Source: Hormiphora californensis (lineage: Eukaryota > Animalia > Ctenophora). From it: DNA of 64,000 nucleotides. The translations under genes were made by a program, and so were the position numbers. The notes beneath the pieces are model-generated. The model saw only the letters and a program-made list of their open reading frames with translations. It did no database searches and was not told the origin of the DNA. Numbering within the stretch: the first letter of the stretch is position 1; every line of letters starts with the position of its first letter. The DNA lies in NCBI GenBank assembly GCA_020137815.1, contig CM035360.1, positions 4,712,001 through 4,776,000 on the forward strand. The letters are read 5' to 3'. Shown piece after piece: positions 11,901 to 23,900 of the stretch.

Positions 11901-12990
11901 TTCTCTTGAAATTGGTGTATTTCTTGTCTACTCACAAATATCTTCATTTTCCATGTATCGTTACTGGAAAAACGAAGAAAACCTTCCCCGAATCGTGTCT
12001 CATGTCGCCTAACCATCCTGATAAGCTTCACCGAATCATGTTCCATAACCCGTATCGTCTCACACTGCCAATAAGGCGTCCCTGAATCGTATCTCATTTA
12101 ACCATATATCACCCCAATTAGAAACACTAACAAAATTTTTGTTAGTGAAAATTGTTAGTGAAAACACTAACAAAATTTTTGTTAGTGAAAATTGTTAGTG
12201 AAAACACTAACAATTTTTTGTTAGTGAAAATTGTTAGTGAAAACACTAACAATTTTTTTGTTAGTGACGTCACTAACAAAAAACACTAACAAAAAATTGT
12301 TAGTGTCGGCCATTCCTAACAGTGCCATTCTCAGCCAGCGTGTCAAAGAAGCAAAAAAGTAAACCGTTCTCATGGCCATAAATTAGGTCCATTTCAAAAA
12401 TCCTTCTTTGGGCTTATTTACCTTTATATTCTCTTCAAATTCCAAGAATTTAATGTTTCTATCTCAAAAAAAGTGGTCCTGAGGTTAAAAATTCCACCAA
12501 AAATTGAAAAAACGCCACTTTGAAAATAGGCTGTAGCAAAAATATGAATTCAACTTTAGGGCTAAAATTGCATATTTGAGGTCCATTTTGTATGGCCTAA
12601 ACCCTGGTGAAGTCATTTGGTTGGGCACTCGATGATGAAAAACGCCAGGTGTACCCTTAACGTAGGTATATTACAACATGCAACAAGTAAATTCAATCAA
12701 ATAATCAACCATTTATTTCCTATAACTTATTAGACCTCATATACCATGACCAATAAGCATCATTCCATATCACAAATCATAACACCGATAAATTCATCAT
12801 TAAATATGATTCGATACAACATCGTACCAGTAGGAGGAGAGGGTGGTGGTCGGGCGGGACGAGGTAGCTCAGGACAGGGTCGGTCAGGACGTTTCGGTGG
12901 TGACGAGGATGGAGTCTTGGGATTCACTAGAGCTGATGCAATATAAATATCACCCATTTCTTCTTCTTTATCTTCGACATCAGGCACTAA
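5976..12990 (-). CDS. Formin FH1 and proline-rich exons (about 12828-12990, 9652-9738, 9110-9445, 6582-6644, 6320-6461, 5976-6205)
   Basis: Polyproline runs lead into KVNGLFWSK, the FH2 lasso start. Splice phases match, except one extra base in the T-run near 6635. Confidence 0.85.
6788..6896. mobile_element. 109-bp MITE with 13-bp TIR caggaaccgaccg
   Basis: TIRs visible. The internal aaccaatcagaactcg..ggtcacgtgactgg matches a high-copy repeat I recall from Pleurobrachia sequence (not verified here). Confidence 0.8.
8051..8672 (-). mobile_element. Non-autonomous Helitron
   Basis: On the minus strand it starts A|TCTAATAATAAT and ends with a GC hairpin (gcccgtagggcgaacgggc) plus CTAG|T. No TSD. 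Confidence 0.8.
8690..8805. repeat. Palindromic MITE-like segment; a related half copy lies at about 7305-7345
   Basis: cagccacgtccgaatcgtgtttcgaatcggtgcatcttatcg is mirrored by cgataagatgcactgattcgaaacacgattcggacgtggctg. Confidence 0.75.
9949..12656. mobile_element. TTAA-targeting foldback element (Kolobok-like GG..CC termini) with a nested element
   Basis: TTAA|gggtacacctgg ... ccaggtgtaccc|TTAA. Arms 9949-10275 vs 12327-12656 and 10345-10545 vs 10654-10853 are reverse complements. Confidence 0.85.
10854..12326. mobile_element. Nested foldback element with about 510-bp TIRs and subterminal cactaac/gttagtg tandem arrays (possibly PIF/Harbinger-like termini)
   Basis: ggcactgttaggaatggccgacac ... 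gtgtcggccattcctaacagtgcc. Mirror ORFs 11117+ and 12097- confirm the inverted arms. Confidence 0.85.
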
Positions 12991-12997
12991 ATCCAGT

Positions 12998-15895
12998 TTA
13001 GGTAGGCCGTTCCATCTGCTCCTTTATCAATCTTTCTTCTCCGATGACAACCACATTTCCACACGGTTTCTGCTCCTTTATCAATCTTTCTTCTCCAATG
13101 ACAACCACATTTCCACCCGGTTTCTGCTCCTTTATCAATCTTTCTTCTCCAATGACAACCACATTTCCACCCGGTTTCTGGACTACCTCAGGTTTATCAG
13201 TCGTTGACAGCCTCGCAGTTTTTATTTCTGTCATTTCCAAACCACTGCCAGGATCTAACAAGTTACCCCGGGAGTGCCGCTTTGGACGAACTGGACGAGC
13301 CATTGAGTTAGCCTGGGTCCGGGCCCGGACCCTATGGAATGCCATCTCCAGTGGTCCATCTACATCACTGTTTTCTGGAGTTATAATCGTCATATTATCA
13401 CCCTGATCGTACACCCCTTCCTGATCTCCTGGGATGCCGGAACGGACTGGTAGCGCATCATACAAACCCTCTTCCTCTTCCTCCTCTTGGGCTGCATCTC
13501 CAGGTAGACTCTCGTATGTTTCATCATCTGTCTGCCCTTTTGAACCCTGATCTGGTTGAGTGCCATCCCCAGCCTGCCCCTCAGGAAGAGTCTCATAAGT
13601 GCCATCCCCTGACTCACTGCCAGAGTCACCACATTGTATACCAGGAGGGGGTGCCCTAACTGGAACAGTATCATACAAAGGGTCCTCCTCGTCTTGTGAT
13701 TCAAGATCTGCCGTCTGCTTCATTCCACCGAGCGAGTCGTACCATCCACCTTCATCTTCAATATCTGCCGCCTCTGTGGCACAATTTCTCAGATTTTGGA
13801 ATCCAACATTTTGATGGGTGAAACTACACACCACAATATTCTAACATCACTTACAACTATACATGTGAGATTGTGAGGTATACTATGTGGTTGACAAGTG
13901 GTAATTTGTGGGGAATGCAGTAGGGTTATAAAACATCACGTGACACATCACGTGACACATAATACAAGTGACAAGACGCGACCAAAAGGAGATGCTACGC
14001 AAAAAACCTAACTTTTTGGATCTTCTAGCCTATAAATGTCCTATAATGGTATTGGGAAAATCTCCCAAAAGCACAGTTGCACATCTATTTCTAAAGATCG
14101 ATGACTCACGATTTTGTTCCACAAATGAGGGAGAGGGATGTTTGGCAGGTATTGATGATAGAGGGTGAATAGGCGGAATCACGCCAGATCCAGAGTGCTG
14201 GGAAACTGAAATGATTGTTAGATCAGGTGATTGCCTTGGTCTCACCGCGACAAATAAAAAAGGGTTTGAACAAAAGAACTAGCGGTAAATTAATGCTAGA
14301 TAATGTTTTCTGGGTCTGTTCGGCACCTGAATCTGTCGGTTGTCCCGTTTTGTCATTGTCGTCATCTCCCTTCTGTCGCTTGTCTGGTATGGTGTACCCC
14401 TGAGGTGTCTTTCTTGTAACAACATCCTCTCCCTCCCTCATCAGGGAATCATAAACCGGCTCAACACTTTGAGGGGTAACACAAGTAGGAGGATCACAGT
14501 CAACATATTCTGGAAGATCAGGATCTACATGTTCATGATCAGGTACATGTTCAGGTATTGGAGTGAAGGGAGGTTTAACAAGTTCTGTATCCACAATATT
14601 CCCCTCGTCTAAATCCCCGGAGAGGTTCTTCATCGTGTTGTATAAATCATCCATGATTTGGAGACTCAATTCTGATTGTCTTCTCTCATCACCATCGTCA
14701 TCACCTCCCTCACCTCCCTCTCCTAGTTGTGTTTCATAGAATTTGTCCCATTGCTCGTCAGGGTCCGAACTCTCCCCATCGGAAGGGACCCAAACATTGT
14801 CATTGTCGCGGGGAGGGGAGATATCTACCTTGACTCTCCTCCAGTGAGAGTTAATTAATGTCCCGTAGATTTCGTCTGGTTGGTTGTCTGTTACAGTCAG
14901 TATTAGTACAGTAGTAATAATAAGTCAAGTCTAGCTGTGTAACACTGAGTGTAACAGTGTAACACCTGTCTGTTTCGATACGTGTAGATAACTGCATTAG
15001 CAGTCGAAAGTTGGGCAAGGGAACAAGAAAACTAGTGTAGCTGGGGGATTTAAAACCGCAATTCAGGCCCTAACACTTAACAGGCCCTGTGCAATGGTAA
15101 ACAGTAAAACAGTGCCTACCTTCTTCATCGTTAATATTAGATTTAGAGCTTGTAGAGCTGGTATCAGTGAGGCTGCGTGCATCGACCGGGGTCATTGGAG
15201 GGGGCTGGCTGGATGGAAGGGGCGGCTGGTATCCGGTTTGGGCTGTAATGCTGAAATGGGTTAAATTAGTAAAGAGATGACGTAGGTGAAATGAGATCCA
15301 TGTAGCCCTGGCCCATTTCCAAAATACTGACTTGAGATGCTCGACCCTTTCTTCGTGAAGGGTTAGAACAACTAAACAACTGACTTCAGATGCTTCTTGT
15401 AGGGTTAGAACTGACCTTGAAGAGGCAGCAGCTCGGATTCCTGCTGATTCCATATCAGCTATAATTTGAAGGAGGTGGGAAGCAAGATTTGAGAAGGCAT
15501 CATCCTCAACATAGTCCTGAGGATTGTTAAAACAGTGTTAAATAATGAATTGTGGAGATGCAGGGTCTCCAGCCTTTTCAGGGGAAGGATATGAGAAATA
15601 GTAAACATGACTGTACCTTGATATATTCGGACATTTCGTCCACTTTCCCACGTGCTAAACTACTCAGTACATTGAGTGGGTTACCAAGTCCCGTCCCGCC
15701 CCTTCCACTACTGCCTGAAAGAGGTTAAAGTAGTAGTACTCATGATGTTCTCATAGCAGGGAGCTGGAATCTGGATGATAGATATTATACACTGTTAAAA
15801 TTAACAGTTAATTAAAGCTGTAATTACCTTTTCTGCTCATGTGTCTGTCTACTTGAACACTACTGAAATCTTTGTTGTATGCACCCTCTACAGCC
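12998..15895 (-). CDS. Acidic, disordered, Tyr-motif-rich linker exons of the same gene (15829-15895, 15617-15714, 15415-15516, 15120-15250, about 14327-14888, about 12998-13774)
   Basis: ORFs 12998-13834 and 14223-14669, plus phase-consistent small exons. Repeated YDSL/YDTV/YETL/YESL/YDAL motifs. There is a frame discrepancy near 13010. Confidence 0.7.
13016..13180 (-). repeat. 54-bp coding tandem repeat x3 (QKPGGNVVVIGEERLIKE)
   Basis: Visible in the DNA and in ORF 12998-13834. Confidence 0.92.
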
Positions 15896-16027
15896 TGAAA
15901 TAATCAATAAATTACACTCCATAACAGAACCAACAATTGTCATGTCATGGACAATGCTTCAGAGCGACAGAGCACAGCACTGCCCACTGGTCGCTGATGC
16001 AATGTGGACTGTGAATTGCCTCTTTAC

Positions 16028-17459
16028 CTTAATCCATCTCTCCCTTTCTGCTCCCTGATTTCTACCCGCCAGTCGGGGAATGTAAAAAGTAAAATCCTTG
16101 TCCTTATTATCTGTTTTGGTTTTTGTGACAATCGAAAACCCGGTGTTCTCCACTCTTTCAATAGTGTTCAGATCAGACCGGAGATTTATCGTGTTTAGAG
16201 GCTTCGTCTGAGGGGAGGTTATGAGAGGTAAAATGAGAACAACATGTTACAATAGCTGTAATTGGGGTTGACTGAACTTAGAAATTTTCTCCGAAAAGTT
16301 TCCAACCCACATGTGCGCGGCGTATAATTTTGAAGCAAACGCTGAAACTTTGCACTTTCATATCTTAGCTTTAACCGCGCGCACCGCAAACAAAACACAG
16401 ATGCAGTTCGACCGGTTTGAATCAATGTCCGGGTGCAGCAGACGACTGGTAAATCTGTGAATGTCACATGTTCAGGAATCTGGATGCATTTCAAAACAAA
16501 TTTACAGAAGCTGGTGATAAACTTACATCGTTCTCTTTGTAGTAGCTCAGTTTCCCGGCAGTAACTTTAACAAATCTCCTGAAAATGTGAGAAGGTGAAT
16601 TTCAGCTTCCTATAACCCTACGTTACCTCAGCTCCCTAACTCGAAAGACGCTTCTAGTTTCGACTCTTCCACCCTTAATACTATTACATATATTCTCAAT
16701 ACATCTTCTGGATCCTTTGGGTACACACTGGGGCCACCAAGAACAAACAAAAAGTCACCTATAATACCAAGTTACACCCTGAGCCACATTTTATAAGCAC
16801 CGCTCCTAGCCACTTTGAGCCACAAAAGATCTAACGAACCTTTGAATAACAAGTCGCCCCTTTTTCTCCAACACGTCTGATATTATCACCCCTTCCTCTG
16901 TCCATTCATGGTGCCCCAACATTTCCAGGTAGTGCCGTATCTCTGGTTCTTCCCCTTTTTCCACAAGAGATAACACGAACTGCTCTTCAACCGTTTTGAT
17001 AGATACTTGACCGTTTACCTGAAATATTTAGATGGGGTGTTACAGAAATAGTGGAAGAGAAAATGTGAAGTATTGGAAACTTTTTGAGCAAGAGATTGGG
17101 GTTGGATCAGAGTAATAAAAGACACTTTCAAAGACAGATTTACTCACACAATCCCAGTGTGTTATTTGGCTGAAGGGGATCTCTGTTTTCTTTCCTCGAC
17201 TCACAATAAACCGCAAAATTCCTTGTTGGGGTGAAAACTGAAATATTACAGGGTGTTATCACCATGAGTAATTACCATATGTTTTAGGAAACTATAGGTT
17301 GCCTAGCTAGACCCCCTTTCGGATCGCACAAACAAATCAAGTTTTAGGTAGGTAATAAAAATTATGCGAATCTGTCTAAATTTATCAACTTCCAACTGGT
17401 AAACCCACCTGTAAGAACTTCCGCGTAGCTCTAGACCCACTTTCCACGTCCTTCTGCTC
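16028..17459 (-). CDS. Pleckstrin homology (PH) domain exons, preceded by a second PH-like segment
   Basis: Spliced translation IISDVLEKKGRLVIQRRFVKVTAGKLSYYKEND|TKPLNTINL...FSIVT...FTF...ERERWIK|AV has the canonical PH beta1-beta3 pattern and the Trp helix. Upstream exons read RKFLQ|FSPQQGILRF..EIPFSQI. Confidence 0.85.
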
Positions 17460-17627
17460 CTGAACCTTGAATGATACACCCATTTCAGCGCCCTGAAAGT
17501 CAATAAAACAATTAGTTAATTTAATTAATTATTGTTAATTAAATATTCAAACAGCTCATGCACGGTAATTCGGTTGCACCAACAATTATTGTTTGTAGCT
17601 ACTACACCAGTCTACTAAAAATACACA

Positions 17628-17676
<49 letters not shown>

Positions 17677-18101
17677 ACACACAGACACACAAACACTCGA
17701 TCTTGTGTCTACACATCATCCTTGTTCATTGTTTACATAACATTCAGTGTATCATTACACGTGTAAATTAGTAGCACATCCATGACAGTTGGAGGAGAAA
17801 CAACTCTTTTCGAGCCATGACTGCAATGACAATCATTGGCATGTCAGTTGTGTAGTAGATCTAATCCCAAATTACCAGTTACTCGATTATTCACAATATT
17901 ACACAAACATACAACACCACGTGCAGTTAAATTCAAGTAGTTCCATGCCTCATAACATAATTAATTATATAATTAATGCCCAATTAGATTATTTCACATT
18001 TACAGTTTGATGTTATACATTCAGCAGGATTTTTTTCTGTACATACGTATAATTAGAACATTTCACACAACAGCACATGTCCCTTAATTGCACAGGCACG
18101 T

Positions 18102-18172
18102 TATGACGTCACCATGACAATATGACGTCACCATGACAATATGACGTCACCATGACAATATCACCATGACAA
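18102..18172. repeat. 19-bp tandem repeat (about 3.5 copies) containing TGACGTCA
   Basis: tatgacgtcaccatgacaa repeated. Confidence 0.9.
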
Positions 18173-18860
18173 CATCAACATGACAACACATGTTGCTATG
18201 ATTACGGGTTGCATTGCTCCACGTTTCTCCCTGTTGTACTGCTCCAAGGAGAAATAATCCGAGGGCTGATTTGTCCCCACCCTCTCCCTCCCCATCGTCA
18301 CCTCCTCTGTTGTAGCTGTTTCCTGTTTTGTCTCCTGTTTAGTTTCCTGTTGCTCCAACATATGGAACCGGGAGCGGTGTTTCTTGGTCAGAGTACCGGG
18401 TGATGATTTGGGGGATCCCTCCCCCGGGGGTACCACTGGGCACTGTTCCAAGCCCTCGGGGCATTCCTCCTGGTCGATATCTTCAGGCAGGCCGCCATGT
18501 TGTTTAGAGGTCCGTCTGGAGCGAAGAAGTGTGCCAAAGACTGAGCGCCGCTTTTGAAGTTGATTCTTGGGTGGCTGGATCAAAACGGAGAATCAGTTCA
18601 CACGATAATAGTTGAGACAACTCACAACTTATCTTTGGGACAAAATTTGACAGGAATCACAGTTTGAAACAAAAAATCGGACACATATAAAACATGAAAA
18701 GGGGGAGGTGTTGTAACACATGTAAAAACTGCACACGAGAGACCTCAATGGGTTTAAATGGTGTTTCGACAGGTGGTGGAGGTGGAGGTGGAGGACGGTT
18801 AAAAACTTTAGTTGTTCTTCTCATTGAGCTCATCGTACGACGCATGCTGCCCTGTACTCG
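18161..18860 (-). CDS. Possible alternative or internal exons of the formin gene (basic, proline-rich)
   Basis: ORFs 18161-18583 and 18657-18887 have protein-like composition (RRSVFGTLLRSRR, PPPPPPPP). Splice connections are unresolved. Confidence 0.4.
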
Positions 18861-19432
18861 GTTGAATAGAGGCGTTATATATAACACACATTTAATGGGG
18901 TTAACTGCAGTGAGCTAACCACTCTTCACAGTAAATCAAGACCTTACTAATTTTGTAAGAATAAGTGATTGGGATAAGCAGTAACGTAATGGCAAAAGCT
19001 CAGTCGTAAAATGCCTTCTCTCCATCTATTTATACTTGGTACGACAAGCAAAAGCCAAAACAATACGAGACGGACTTGTAACAAACCAATAAACCATATT
19101 GTTGGTCGGTGAGTAGGCATATATTGGCTTTCGTTAACGCTAGTACGATCAACAAGCAGTGAAAGAGCCGCGAGATGCTCTCACTTAGTTAAAGTAACAA
19201 TCTTACTCCATCTGTAACGATCTTACCAGGTGACTACCCTAACGTGTATAAATAACCGGCAATACTATTATTTGGAACTCCGAACTGTCGCGTCGAAGTG
19301 GACGTTGTTTCAGTACGTTATAGTAAGCAACAGTGAACGTTAATAAGATCCCAAACAAGCAGCTGATTTTCGCTCTTCTGGAAGTTTGTGAATATAAACT
19401 TTAACAATTCAGAACCCGTAGTTATCGCTTCA

Positions 19433-19446
19433 GTTGCCATGGCAAC
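19433..19446. promoter_or_regulatory. Perfect palindromic RFX X-box GTTGCCATGGCAAC
   Basis: Exact match to the X-box consensus. Function is untested. Confidence 0.45.
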
Positions 19447-19754
19447 CATAAATCAATACTACCAAGTATAGCTGTAGAAACTAATAAGAGGAAGACCATA
19501 TCACCACCCTGCATTATATGACCTCTAGTAGAACGATATATTGCAGCCGTGTGTATATGATACAGCTTTTATTTCTTCCTCTCTCGACCAGTATTATAAC
19601 TGCAACCTTTACATTTCCTCCAATGATATATCCATTAAATCTGCATCTAATTAGTTTTCTGTACTTGTTGTTGTCCTGCAGACCTCTGTGCTTTACTGCA
19701 GTAGCATGAGTTGTGCAGTGATCCATGTCCTAATCTACACACGCATTATTATTA

Positions 19755-19805
19755 TCTAGAGGATAGACTGCACTGGCTGCGCCATTATGTCTCCAGTTTT
19801 ATAAT

Positions 19806-19847
<42 letters not shown>

Positions 19848-20610
19848 AGGAGAAAGAGAGAGAGAGAGAGATAGAGAAGAAGGAGAGAGCGAGAGAGAGA
19901 GCGAGATAGATAGATTATAGCTCTCTCCTTCTCGCTATCTCTCGCTCCTCTCTCCTCAGAGAAGCCCGCTTCGACTGTTTGAAATAGCCTCATCTAGTTC
20001 CTTGGTAACGAAGTTACCCCTCCCTTGCCGGCGCGGCGTGCGAAGCACGCCAAACGAAGGCCGCGAAGCGGCCTGAGTTAGGGGTAACGGATCCGCTTTG
20101 ATTCACTTCAAAAATTAATAGCTCCTCAACCACTCAATGAAAATGCACCAAATTTTGGTATTCCCCACCAAATTGTCTGAAAATTATAATTCTGTACTCA
20201 TATTTGAAAAATTATCTCCGGAACCTTGGTTTTGAGATCAGTTTTAGGTGTTAATGATGAAAAAAAAATTGAAAAAGTAGGTCAGGTATGCTTAACATCA
20301 TATCAAAGATCGTGGCAAAGTTTGAAGTTTCTATCTTCAAAGGTCTGGCCATCAAAATTAAAAAGGTCTTGAAGTTGAACCATTTGTACAAAACACGTTG
20401 TAACTCAGCTTCTACTTTGCCAAATTAAACCTGGTTTGAAACACTGAACTTGCTAATCTATCCCTCCGAATACGGACGAAGTTTGAAACCGCCAGCTCTA
20501 TTGACCGCTCTACAATACTAGTTTCTGTGAAAGATATCGGGAAAGTAACGAGATTTGGTCTCGGTGTCATCTTGTGCGCGGCTCAGACCCCCTATGCTAG
20601 AACTAATAGT
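19755..20610. mobile_element. Helitron/Helentron-like non-autonomous segments arranged tail to tail
   Basis: TC...(GA)n...hairpin...CTAG on the plus strand (19755-19997). On the minus strand, ttagttc ... GC hairpins ... gaactag. The same GC-hairpin end recurs inverted at about 29910-29970. Confidence 0.4.
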
Positions 20611-20906
20611 GTAGACTACAACTTTTCAGTGCTCAGTATGACGGTTTGAGCGCGTTATGAAAATAGGGTAAGCGGTTCTGATACCTCTAAACAGAGTGTG
20701 AGGTGTCTTCGATACCAAGACGATTCCTGAGTACAAAAGCTCGCTCTGGAGATTACGGAACAATATCGAAGGCCAGTATTATATAAGGACACTTAGGACA
20801 GGAAATTACGGAAGAAGGGACGTCTAAATAGTAAATGAAAACCTCTGCTCACAACTTCTACACACAGGATGATGGTATATTTGAATAGTATCAGCAGAAA
20901 ACTTAC

Positions 20907-23900
20907 CGTTATTGCTGAGTTCCTTTGGGTGACTGCAGGGGATGCTGCAACGGGTCTGGCTGCAATCTGAGAATATTAGATATATTACAGTTCCCTGACG
21001 ATGTGTATCTATAGCCCTACTACAGTCGGACCCCGATTTAACGGCACCCTCGGGGGAAAGGGTTGGGGGGGGGGGGGTCCAGCCCTAAAAAAAGCTAAGC
21101 TAACGGCCAAAATCAGGGTACCTTTAGCTTTTTTTAGCTTTTTTTAGCTTTTTTTAGCTTTTTTTAGCTTTTTTTAGCCTTTTTTAGCTTTTTTAGCTTT
21201 TTTTAGCTTTATTTAGCTTTTTTTAGCTTTTTTAAGGCTAAAAAAAGCTAAAAAAAGCTAAAATTGAGTTTTTAGTGGATTCATATAGGTTCGAATCCCG
21301 CTGACGCCAAATTTTTTAAACTTTTATTATAACGTTTTATAACGTTTTTTGAACTTTTTTAAAACTATTTTTATCAAATTTGAATAATATTTTTATCGAA
21401 AAAATGTCTCCAGAAAATGGCAGTAGGGGTGGATACATAAATTGCTATGTATGGACATAAACAGGGTGTGAACTGCATGTCGTGTTTGCTAGTCGCGAGC
21501 GCGCTTGCGAGACAAGCAAACACGTCAAGGTTCATTAACAAGCATGCTGCTCAGTCATTTTAGATTTAATACACAATGTAAGGATACCATGTAATAGGTG
21601 AGACTCTTGCCGTCACCCTCGTTCAAGTCCCGTGAAAAACGGAGCAGTACACGCAAACTGATGCCCATTTTCCTCGCGTGACCCCGATTTAGCAGTTTGA
21701 GACACCAACTCTTTAGGGGGCCATATCTCAGGAACCAGACAAGATAGGAAAAATCGCCGTCTAACGAGGCGTACAGTTTTTAATCTAGTTTACCACTGTA
21801 CCGGCCGTTTCACTCTCCGACCTAAAACAAAAATCGCAACCCCACAAAACTTCAAAATAATGAAATTCGCATCTCGCATGTCGTGTTGCATGTCGTGTTG
21901 CATGTCGTGTCATGTTATTGACGCGCTCGCGTTTAACTCTCATACAGCAGCTGCAGAACATGGCGGGAAAGATCGAGGAGTAGAGAGAGGGTCGGTGCCG
22001 AATCAAATGTTTTTTGATCATGATCTACTCCATCTCTCAGCTATCCTACCCCTCATCAACTCGATCTCTCAGCTACCCTACCCCTCATCTACTCCATCTT
22101 TCAGCTACCCTACCCCTCATCTACCCCATCTTTCAGCTACCCTACCCCTTATCTAGTCCATCTCTCAGCTACCCTACTCCTCATCTACTCCATCTCTCAG
22201 CTACCCTACCCCTCATCTACTCCATCTCTCAGCTTCCCTACCTCCCATTTACTCCATCTCTCAGCTTCTCTACCTCCCATTTACTCAATCTCTCAGCTTC
22301 CCTACCTCCCATTCACTCCATCTCTCAGCTACCCTACCTCCCATTCACTCCATCTCTCAGCTACCCTACCTCCCATTTACTCCATCTCTCAGCTTCCCTA
22401 CCTCCCATTTACTCCATCCCTCAGCTTCCCTACCTCCCATTTACTCCATCCCTGCCTCCCATTAACCCCCTAGTTCCATGGGCAGAATTCTGCAAAAGAG
22501 TCTGCCCTTCGAAAGTGAGCACCGCGGTTCCACGGGAAGAAAAATACCGACACAAAGACGTACAAACTCTCGAATTTGTCTGTCTGTGTGAGATGTTTTT
22601 TCACGCCCTAATTAAGCGTGATAAGGTTGTGTGTATGTGATAGCAATCTTGTATGACCACTTACTCACTACTCAGTGAAGGGTATTGTTCTAACAATACC
22701 TTGTACGAAAACCATATGCCAGCCAAGCCCTTTTCCAACTCTGAGATAAAGAGTTAGAAATCAAAAATGTATAATTGACCAAGCCCTCTTCCAACCCAGT
22801 CCTTTCCAGTGACAATCTCCTGTATCAGTTTTATAGTGCTAAGCAGGGATTGCTTCTCTTCAGTATAACTGTCATGACATAACTTATCTCTCCCCAACTG
22901 CAAGATCTAGATTTCTTGTCAGGCTAACATGTGTTCACGGTGAACAGTTCACCCCCCCCCCCCAACTGCAAGACCTGGTAAACTAGCTTGCGTTCATCCC
23001 CCTGCAAGACCTAGAGTTCCTGGCAAACTAGCTTGTGTTCCCTACCTCCCATTTACTCCATCTCTCAGCTTCCCTACCTCCCATTTACTCCATCTCTCAG
23101 CTTCCCTACCTCCCATTTACTCCATCTCTCAGCTACCCTACCTCCCATTTACTCCATCTCTCAGCTTCTCTATCTGCCATTTACTCCATCTCTCAGCTAC
23201 CCTACCTCCCATTTACTCCATCTCTCAGCTTCTCTATCTGCCATTTACTCCATCTCTCAGCTACCCTACCTCCCATTTACTCCATCTCTCAGCTTCCCTA
23301 CCTCCCATTTACTCCATCTCTCAGCTTCCCTACCTCCCAATTACTCCATCTCTCAGGGGTAGGAATGTTAGGATAAATGAGAGATGGAGTAAATGGGAGG
23401 TAGGGAAGCTGAGAGATGGAGTAAATGGGAGGTAGGGAAGCTGAGAGATGGAGTAAATGGGAGGCAGGGATGGAGTAAATGGGAGGTAGGGAAGCTGAGG
23501 GATGGAGTAAATGGGAGGTAGGGAAGCTGAGAGATGGAATAAATGGGAGGTAGGGTAGCTGAGAGATGGAGTGAATGGGAGGTAGGGAAGCTGAGAGATG
23601 GAGTGAATGGGAGGTAGGTAAGCTGAGAGATGGAGTAAATGGCAGGTAGGGTAGCTGAGAGATGTAGTAAATGTGAGGTAGGGAAGCTGAGAGATGGAGT
23701 GAATGGGAGGTAGGGTAGCTGAGAGATGGAGTAAATGGGAGGTAGAGAAGGTAAGAGATGGAGTAAATGGGAGGTAGGGAAGCTGAGAGATGGAGTAAAT
23801 GGGAGGTAGGGAAGGTAAGCGATGGAGTAAATGGGAGGTAGGGAAGCTGAGAGATGGAGTAAATGGGAGGTAGGGTAGCTGAGAGATGGAGTGAATGGGA

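Noticed and set aside
10860-12320. Repeat arrays as a possible CRISPR
   Set aside because: No unique spacers and no cas genes. These are subterminal repeats of a eukaryotic foldback element.
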